NCBI GenBank assembly: GCA_002104905.1
Contig: MCFE01000371.1
Span: 1-64,000, forward strand
Direction: 5' to 3'
Length of the DNA stretch: 64,000 bases
Source of the DNA: Basidiobolus meristosporus CBS 931.73
Lineage: Eukaryota > Fungi > Basidiobolomycota
Shown here piece by piece: positions 22,577 to 31,377 of this stretch. The position numbers were made by a program, and so were the translations under genes. The notes beneath the pieces are model-generated. The model was given only the letters and a program-made list of their open reading frames with translations. It made no database searches and was not told the DNA's origin. Position 1 is the first letter of the stretch. Each line of letters opens with the position of its first letter.

Positions 22577-22887
22577 TTCAACTGACAAACGTTGGTTTCT
22601 CAAAATACTTGTATCAGTGTTCATCTTGGTTGATAGAAGCATTTGCATAAAACTAGCTTAGCAAGGATTCTCTGGATGGTGCACCTGCCTCCCAAAGTCA
22701 GCCATATCAGTATGTTCTATGCCGGGTGGATTCCCTAACCCGACGGTTTCCATAATTCTTTGAAGCATCACGGAAATCATCTTTTAAGCGTTTGATAACC
22801 ACTGTAGAATGGCAAACTCCGACCATATAGGAAACCAACACTTGACAAAAACGACATATTCCATTAAAACTTTGTACACTCAATAAG

Positions 22888-22960
22888 GCCCGGCTAGCTC
22901 AATCGGTAGAGCGTGAGACTCTTAATCTCAAGGTTGTGGGTTCGACCCCCACGTTGGGTG
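22888..22960 (+). tRNA. tRNA-Lys(CTT)
   Basis: GCCCGGC...GTTGGGTG; TGAGA-CTCTTAA-TCTCA. Confidence 0.96.
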
Positions 22961-23102
22961 ATGTATATTTTTTATTCTTTGTTTTTCACTTTCCTGGAAT
23001 TGAGCAATAATTTTTGTGTTTTGAACGGTTGTCTGTATATGATATTTAAGCCGGATAGTGATATGGAAGAATGAAACAATGAATCCCAATAGAGTAATTA
23101 TT

Positions 23103-23174
23103 GGACGTATAGCTCAGTGGTAGAGCAATTGACTGCAGATCAATAGGTCGGTGGTTCAAATCCGCCTGCGTCCT
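23103..23174 (+). tRNA. tRNA-Cys(GCA)
   Basis: GGACGTA...TGCGTCCT; ATTGA-CTGCAGA-TCAAT. Confidence 0.95.
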
Positions 23175-23294
23175 CATCTTTTTTGCTAATTGAAGCGTTC
23201 ATTAAAATACAATTTCGCCTAGCCACCAATTACATCTACTCACATAAATATAGCATTCAAAAGATTGATGAAATTCATTTAGAATAATCCAAAA

Positions 23295-23367
23295 TGGAGG
23301 ACCTGGGTATCGATCCCAGTGCCTCTCGCATGCTAAGCGAGCGCTCTACCATCTGAGCTAGACCCCC
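23295..23367 (-). tRNA. tRNA-Ala(AGC)
   Basis: Minus GGGGGTC...GTCCTCCA with G3-U70; CTCGC-TTAGCAT-GCGAG; T-loop ATCGATA. Confidence 0.94.
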
Positions 23368-23757
23368 ATATATATACACCTCGGTGGAAAACCACTTATC
23401 TTTTTTAATTCTTCAATAGATGTACTCGCATGGCAAAGAAAATACTGGCTAGCATTGAATTGAGGACCCTGTTAACAATGGTAATGTGTATGTCTCTTAT
23501 TATCAACTTTGTGCGATCAAGGGGGCATTCATTGATGTATGACTGATGGCTATTTTGGAGCATTTTTGTTATCCACACTACAGATGCTTTTGTTTCTTTC
23601 GGTTTGTTAATAGAAATCTCTCTGTGGCTACGCTATTAAGAGCTTCTGCCGTTTTCCCATATATAGCGCAATCTAGAAGTACACTAAATGTGAAAAGTAA
23701 TCAAGCCTAACAGATCAGATTTCCGTATTTTCTAAGACGGTTGTTTGCACTGGTACT

Positions 23758-23829
23758 GGCTCAATGGTTTAGTGGTATAATTCTCCCTTAGGGTGGGAGA
23801 GGTCCTGGGTTCAATTCCCAGTTGAGCCC
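23758..23829 (+). tRNA. tRNA-Pro(AGG) variant
   Basis: Identical to the array Pro(AGG) except T-stem CTGGG/CCCAG in place of CCGGG/CCCGG. Confidence 0.9.
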
Positions 23830-23839
23830 TTCTTTTGTT

Positions 23840-25660
23840 TGTTTTCCTGTCAAAATGGATTGTTAGTAAGAATGGGGTACTCTGAGCTGCAGCAGCAATT
23901 AATGTTGTGGATTCCCCTTGGTAATTCTTGATTGACAAGTAATGTAAAAATGCAATTTTTCCATCACAACAGAGCCCATCCTCCAAAGTTAAGCATCTGT
24001 TGTGGGCACATATCTTGAGTTTTCAGCTGTAACTTTTGTTCCAAGTCTGCCAAAATAATACTACAGTTTGTCCAAGTGTCTATAACAACCAGATATTGCT
24101 TCTTGTTGATACTTATAAGTATTTGTGCTACCTGAATATCCTCTTGTGGTTGTTCCTCAGCCTTTTCTTGTATATTATTCATATGTTGCTCCATGTGGTT
24201 TAACTCTTGCTTCAACATAGGCTACTTTAAAAGACTTCAAATTGGAACAGGGATTTCCTGATTCCTTATTTGGTTTGCAACTTGGGTGACATCCATTAGT
24301 GTTGTTATGCCAGATGGTTTTATTGTTCCCCCTCCAGTTTCTATTATCATGCATTCCATTTTTGGGGATTCATCCTTTGTATCCATTGACTTTTTTCTAA
24401 CATATATATAGAATCTGTCATGTCTTCTACTATGTTGACTTTGGAATGGCTCCTATATTTGCCTTCCTCTTGCAAGGTATTTCCTTCTCTTTGTGTATTT
24501 GCTACTACAGTTGGTACTAACTTGAAATAAGGACAATTCCTCAAGATATGTCTGGGTTCTCCACAACCAAAGCATCTTTGTTCCCTTCTTGGAGGGTTGT
24601 GGTTTGAACTGGGGATAGAACTAGAATTTGTCTTCTGACTGGCTAACAAATTAAGTTCCATTCAATCAAATTTAGCTGCCAGTTTATCCAGTTGACTATC
24701 CCATGATGTTGTTGGTGGAGTTAATAATAGTGCATGTGTTTTCTCATTGATATTCTCCCTTGTAGGGCCTCCTAGACATTGTTCCTCCTCCTCAGCAAAA
24801 GCAATTGCTTCACCCAGAGTTGTGGGTCTACATTTTCTGACCTCCATCTGGATCTCAGAGTGAAGAACATTGAGAAACTTTGATCTTATCTTCCTCCAGT
24901 GAGTATCCCAACCTTGCAAATAATCTTAATACTTATGTGGCAATTTCTGCTACTGATTCATCTTTCTGTCATAAATTCATCAGGTTTGACACCATGCATC
25001 CATTTGTGCCATTGTGACATATTTTTCCTTGAATCTTTGCTTAATGGTTTCCCAATCTGTCAAAAGCCCTTCACTTTCTTCTTACCTAGTAGCTGCTAGT
25101 TCCTTCATGTAAGCACCTGCAATTGTTGGAAGATCTGCTAGATCCCATCAATTTGCCTTTTGACTTACTTCACATTCCTGTAGCCAAGCAATAGGATATT
25201 TGGTCTGATATCCCAAGAAATTGCTAATTGTGACCAGTCTTTGTTCCCATTGTAGCATGGACATCTTCTGTTCTTTTTGTAAGAGATAGATTCCTTTTGT
25301 TTAATACTACCCCCTGCTGTGAGCACTAATTCTGTTATGTACTTAAAGAGTAATGTCCTTTAGAGAGTACAAAAAGGGATAATATGTATGTTATCTTGTA
25401 GATTTGACAGGGTAGTGTAAGAATATCTCTTTAAAAGGTTAGGGTGTTGACCTTGTAGAAATATATTTAAGCTAGTTTTTGCTCCCACTATGCTTTTCTG
25501 CCTATAACCAAAAACTCCCTTTTTACTTAGTTGCTTGTTTGATATTTATACCTTACTGTGAGTCTGGTGATTTGTCTTTGATTTGCTTTTCCCTGACTAC
25601 TAAGTTGTCTTTGTATGTGTTGATGTCACTTAACATCAAGTGACTCTTTACTCTGTAACA
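23840..25660 (-). mobile_element. Degenerate Ty3/Gypsy-like relic (older family): 5' LTR, gag, protease fragment
   Basis: Broken frames with KCRPTTLGEAI, CCHC CFGCGEPRHILRNC and protease-like YLVVIDT; LTR at 25333-25660; almost no CpG. Confidence 0.8.
25333..25660 (-). repeat. 5' LTR of the older Gypsy relic (328 bp)
   Basis: TGTTA...TAACA termini; homologous to 30127 onward; TATAAAT on minus strand; PBS-like tract on the gag side. Confidence 0.75.
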
Positions 25661-25670
25661 ACTCAATAAG

Positions 25671-25743
25671 GCCTGGCTAGCTCAATTGGTAGAGCATGAG
25701 ACTCTTAATCTTAAGGTTGTGGGTTTGACCCCCACATTGGGTG
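25671..25743 (+). pseudogene. tRNA-Lys(CTT) pseudogene
   Basis: Five CpGs changed to TpG/CpA, including T-loop TTCGA to TTTGA (B-box damage). Confidence 0.9.
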
Positions 25744-25886
25744 ATGTATATTTTTTATTCTTTGTTTTTAACTTTCCTGGAATTGAGCAATAATATTTGT
25801 GTTTTGAATGGTTGTCTGTATATGATATTTAAGCCAGATAGTGATATGGAAGAATGAAACAACAAATCCCAATAGAGTAATTATTG

Positions 25887-25924
25887 GACATATAGCTCAG
25901 TGGGTCAAATCCACCTGCATCCTC
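25887..25924 (+). pseudogene. tRNA-Cys(GCA) pseudogene with internal deletion
   Basis: GGACATATAGCTCAGTGG joined to GTCAAATCCACCTGCATCCT; anticodon arm missing. Confidence 0.85.
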
Positions 25925-26043
25925 ATTTTTTTTGCTAATTGAAGCATTCATTAAAATACAATTTTGCCTAGCCACTAATTGCATCTACTCACATAAATAT
26001 AGCATTCAAAAGATTGATGAAACTCATTTAGAATAATCCAAAA

Positions 26044-26116
26044 TGGAGGGCCGGAGTATTGATCCCAGTGCCTCTTGCATGCTAAGCAAGCACTCTACCA
26101 TCTGAGCTGGACACCC
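26044..26116 (-). pseudogene. tRNA-Ala(AGC) pseudogene
   Basis: Copy of 23295-23367 with four CpG transitions and stem mismatches. Confidence 0.88.
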
Positions 26117-26126
26117 ATATATATAC

Positions 26127-26361
26127 TGTTGAAGTATGTACTACCAAGGGTGTTAACCAGAGATTGGTGTTCAAAGGTTGAGGCTGGAAGGAAAGACTGC
26201 TTTATTTTCTAACATGTTTTGCTAATTTATACTTTGGTGAACTACATTTGCTATATGCATGTCTTAGCCATTTTGCCTAATTTTGGTAATACTCAATGGA
26301 TGGTTCAGGGGTAGGTCTCCAGTTGTGATGGTTTGAAGATGCTGATGACCTTACCACAACA
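26127..26361. mobile_element. Solo LTR (235 bp), unclassified family
   Basis: Absent from the intact copy; TGTTG...CAACA termini; flanks ATAC/ATGC resemble a 4-bp TSD with one mismatch. Confidence 0.72.
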
Positions 26362-27423
26362 ATGCACCTTGGTTGAAAACCACTTATCTTTTTTAATTCT
26401 TCAAATTTTGTTGCCCATGTCATTTACTAAATTTGGCAACTTTGTAAGTATTACACTGAAATCTGTAAAGTTGAGGTGATAGAAGTTTGTCAATTGCAGT
26501 TGGTGTGCACATATACAGAGGCTAATAGACTTGTTTGATTGTACCATGCCATGGTGTGTAGCATAGAGTTTGGTTGTTTAGAACAATTGGGTGTAATATT
26601 GTAGCTACCAGTAGGCAGGATTGCTCTTGGACCATTTTCATTTTATGGGACAATATTGCACACTATGGTACAATCTGACATTATTGATTTTTTGTACCTT
26701 TGATTTGTATTTCAAGGATCATGGCTTAAATGCTTTTTGAAATAACTATAAGATGTTTGTAACTTTCTTGTAATAAAATGCTTTTTTAAATTTTTTCAAA
26801 ATTAGAAACTATTGATTTAAAAGCATTTGGCACTTACTTCAAAATCTTTAGAATCTTGTGTGCAGCAATAATAATCTGATAGTACAGAATTTTCTTAGAT
26901 GACCACTTTTATTTTTTAGAGCAAATATATATCTAGATGATAATATCTTAATTTTGAAAGAAATTTCCAACACCTACTTTGATGTTGGTTAAGACTTTTT
27001 TATGTAGCCATTTTTGGGTTAAGCCAGACTTTTCCAGCTGCTAAATATTTAACCTAGTTTGAATGAAGCTTTTTCCCAATAATAAACTTTTGATTTCAAC
27101 AAAAGCTATTTCCAAGATGTAAAATTCTCTTAAGCTCTTTTAGTTTTCACCAAAAATACTTTTAAGATGTGAGAAGTCTCTAGACAACAAGCTGTGTCAC
27201 ATGTATAGTGAATATTTTCAGTATGATAAGAGTTTTTTAAATCTAACCAAAAATATTTCCAAGATGCTAAAAGTTTTGAGATGACAAGCTTGGGCTAAGA
27301 TCAAGCAAGTATTTAAAGTATTGACCAATGCAGATATATCATACAAAAAAGTATTTGGATAAAAAAATGATTGACATAAAGTTTGTAAAAAAGAATTTTT
27401 GGTCCAACAACTAACCTTTGATT

Positions 27424-27772
27424 TGTTGTAAAAATTCGTATTTCCACCTAAATAGTCACCTAACTTAGTCACTTAGATCATCACCTTCAAATCCTAGAGA
27501 ATACTGACCAAATTCCTTGTCGGGATTTACTTAGAATATTTTCACCAAAATACCAGGTACCCAGAGCATCAAAATTCTCAAAGTTGGCCAAACAGCCCCA
27601 AACTTTGCACACATGTTCTTGGGACCTTCCTTAACCTATTCTACGTGTTTGTAATGCCAAGATCAGGTAAAAGTATAAATACTACTTTTACATTCAATAA
27701 ATCATTAAGTGAAAACCACATAATCTACTTGTTCTCCAAATCACTTCCAATATCTCCAAGACTCTTACAACA
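27424..27772 (+). mobile_element. Copia-family solo LTR
   Basis: 349 bp, TGTTGTAA...TTACAACA, TSD TGATT, homologous to 56512-56860. Confidence 0.93.
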
Positions 27773-28899
27773 TGATTCACCACCCTTACATATATAAGCC
27801 ATTACATTCTTGTTTGTACTATAGGTCTTGCTTTTTTCATGCTACAATTATCTTCTCACAACTTCACCCAATTAGTTAACTTATCCTTTTTAGAAACCCC
27901 ACACTGAAAACACCAATGATACAAGAAGCATATGACTGGGCAGAACTACTACCTGGACACTTGGAATCAAGAATTTTTTCTCCACAGACTATACTAGAAA
28001 TCCAAAGAAAAGTGACAGAAAACAGCAGATAACCCACTGAAGACCATGAGGTAGTCTACAAGGTAGTAGAGTAATATATATATCCCACAGACAAGTTTAT
28101 TTATATAGTTGTTATAGTTCATTTGTCAGTATTTATCTTATCAGTATTATCTCATTCTGCTTTGCCCATATTATCAGTATTATCCCTATATGATATTCAC
28201 CATGATGTGTTGTTGGCATTAGTTATCCCAACTGTTATTCAGCTTTGTGATCTGCAGATGTATTTACATTAGGCAGGTATCCATATCAGTACCCACAACA
28301 TATGATCTATATCTGTATAACCATCTCTAGCATTGAGAACTATATATGGTTTATCTATGCCATAGGTGATTCAAACTACTGATCCCTGATTATTTGGATG
28401 TATTGTGCCTTTTAGTACCTTCTAGAACCTTCTCAAAGTATTTTGAGCTCAAAGTGATGTCATCATAAGTATAAATGATGCCTGAAATCTTCTATAACCT
28501 TGTCATTAGTAATTACTTGGCCATCTGGAAATGTATTTAAGGGAAGTCAATATCCCATCAATAAATCATCTCTCTATCAGTGACAGTGGCCCCTCATTGA
28601 TTAGTAGCTAATCACTGCACCAATCTTCAGCAATTACACCTTGCACTATGCATAAAGGAGCTTCTCACAGTAGTGCACAAGACACACAGAGGTCTTTGGA
28701 GACACTTGGAGCACCTAGGATGCCAGAGAAGCTGGTGCTTTTACCAGAGTGACATATTGACAGAGACACTGCAGTTTAGACCCAGATATTATTGCCCCCA
28801 TCAGACACCTCACACCCTGTGAGTTGTGTACCTTCTCCCACATGTACCTCTACACCACCACAACAAGAAAGCTAGTGCAGGAAATGTATCATATGTACC

Positions 28900-29503
28900 A
28901 TTTGTCATGAGAGCAGACTTGATAGCCAAGTACCAACATGGATTTGGACATCTGGGGTCAAGGGACCACACAAATAGTATCTAGAAATGTTTAGTGACCC
29001 AGAATGTCAGAAGACATAAAGCACCTTGCCCATAGTGGCCAAGAGTGCCAGCTCACCCAAAATGCTCAGCTGAACAACTTGCAAATGTACCCTATACCAC
29101 CTGACAAACCATTTCACAGATGGCCACTTGACTTCATTAGGATTTTGCCCAAAACAAGTTCTAGAAAGTAGTATGTCCTGGTGAGGATTGTTTGTTGTAC
29201 TAAATGGCAGTTTCAAGAGCACTCAAAGAAGCAAGCCAAAACAAAATAGCCTGGCTCATATATGAGGAAATAGTGATGCAGTATGGAGGCCCAGCCAAGA
29301 TTTTGACAGACAGAGGTGCCAATTTCATTGCAAAATATTCTGGGACACCACTAGGAGTTACTGAACATCACTACCTCCAGACTTTGGCCTACCATCTACA
29401 GACTAATGGAGTCATAGAGATACTCAATGGACTCTTTGGAAGAATGCCAACTAAACACTGTAAAGGAGCTATACATAAATGGGATCTACTACTGCAGAAT
29501 TAG
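28900..29503 (+). pseudogene. Gypsy integrase relic
   Basis: Broken frames with GHLG, PFHRWPLDFI, EIVMQYGGPAKILTDRGANF, QTNGVIEILN. Confidence 0.82.
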
Positions 29504-29559
29504 TTGACATAAAGAAAAAACTGTAAATATATTTACATGATGCATTTTCTTACTCACAT

Positions 29560-30405
29560 GTCCCTTGCCTGACCTCCTATATATGGCTCCATCTCCTTGG
29601 TAAAAGCTTTTGCTTCACACAGAGCTGTGGGTTTACATTTTCTGGCCTCCAATTAGGCCCTATGTAGAATAGTATCAAGAACTCTTAGATCCTATCTTTA
29701 TCCAAAGAGCTTGAAATCTTGAGAGCAGTATCAATACTTCTGTGATAGTTTCTGCTATTGATTCATCATTGTCTAATAAATCCCTCACATTTGCCACCAT
29801 GCATCAGTTCTTGCCATTGTAGCATATATTTCTTTCAATCATTGCTAAAAGGCTCCCATTGTGTTAAAGGTTTTTTGTTTTCTTTGTACCAAGAAGCTGT
29901 CAGATCCTTTATATAAGCACTTGATATCACTGAATGATCCCATCAATTTGCCTTTTGACTGACTTCACATTCCCATAGCCAAGCAATAAGATCTGTGGTC
30001 TGGTAATCCAAGAAATCACTGATTGTGACCAATCTTTGTTCCTGTTATAGTATGATAATCACCTGTTTGTCTTTTAAGAGATGGAATCTTTTTGCTTAGT
30101 ATTACCCCTGCTTTGAGTACCAGTTCTGTTTCATGCTTACAGAGCATTATCCTTTAGGGAATATGGAAGTAAATAGTGGGAATGTGTCATGTAGATTTGA
30201 CAGGGTTATGTAAGAATATCTCTTAAAAGACCAGGATGGTGAATTGTAGATTTCTTTCAAGGTAGTAGTCTCTTGTACTGTTCTTCCTACTTTGAACCAA
30301 ACATGTTGTTCATTTGATTGTTTGATTGGTATTTATACCTTATTTTATGTCTAATGATTTGTCTCTATTAATTGAGCCAGCTGGAATTCTCTAAGCTGTG
30401 TAGAC
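29560..30405 (-). mobile_element. Second relic of the older Gypsy family (gag 5' part plus LTR)
   Basis: Aligns to about 24790-25640; PBS-like TGGTACTCAAAGCAGGGG (30105-30122, minus) 4 nt from the LTR edge at 30127; outer limits approximate. Confidence 0.75.
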
Positions 30406-30848
30406 AATGATAGTGAGTGAGTCAAATCAATATTTATGTGTGACCACAAAAAATGCATCAATTAGCAATGTTGGTCTCTGCTTTGATATATTCAAAACAA
30501 ATGCAAGAAGGATATTGGGCAGTAGCTGATAAGCTTTGTGAGGATCTAGGTGATCAGGGTAATGCAAGTTTTTAGATGCAAATACCATGTTAACAGCATT
30601 ATCCAAGAGTAACTGAGATGTCTTGAAGCTAGATTCACTTTGTGTAATACTCACTACTTTGCTGTGTTTCAGTTGAGCATGATAATGGGAGCTTGCAGGT
30701 GACTTGCTGTACAAAAAAAAGCTTGTGGTTTGGCTCATAGCTTTATTGAGTTGAGATGATAGTTTTTAATGTTGGTATGTACTTTGTAAAAACAGATGGG
30801 AATGCCAAAAAGTTTATTCATTTTAGCAACTCCAAGAAGTTTGGTAAC

Positions 30849-31180
30849 TGTTGTAAAAGTTTGTAATTCCACCTAAATATTCACCTGACTTAGTCACTTA
30901 GATCATTACCTTCAAATCTCAGAGAATACTGACCAAAATCCTTGTTGGGATTTACTTAGAATAGTTACCCAGAACATGAAAATTAGATAAGTTGTTCAAA
31001 CAGCCCCAAACTTTGCACACATGTTCTTGGGACCTTCCTAAACCTATTCTACATGTTTGTTATGCCAGGACCATGTAAAAGTATAAATACTACTTTTACA
31101 TTCAATAAGTCATTAAGTGAAAACCACATAATCTACTTGTTCTCCCAATCACTTCCAATATCTCCAAGACTCTTACAACA
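30849..31180 (+). mobile_element. Copia-family solo LTR
   Basis: 332 bp with a short internal deletion; TSD GTAAC on both sides. Confidence 0.92.
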
Positions 31181-31377
31181 GTAACTACCAATATTTTCAC
31201 TATTCATAGTAATTATGTTGCAAGGAATTTACCAATTCTAAGTAAACATTGATGGCACAGCTAAGAGAATGCCATATCTCCTCAATTAAAAGTAAATTTA
31301 TTTGTATAGAATAGCAAATCATACATACTTCGAGCCTATGTTCAAAAGGAAGGATGTAAGCATTGGAGGAAGGGGGT

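Larger units (their letters stand above)
25661..26404 (+). repeat. CpG-erased duplicate of 22878-23416, interrupted by a solo LTR
   Basis: Collinear alignment through the Lys, Cys and Ala genes and spacers. Confidence 0.95.

Noticed and set aside
25661-26404. Classical CpA-directed RIP as the cause of the mutations
   Set aside because: Nearly all transitions are at CpG; only a couple of CpA-to-TpA changes are seen, so the context differs from Neurospora-type RIP
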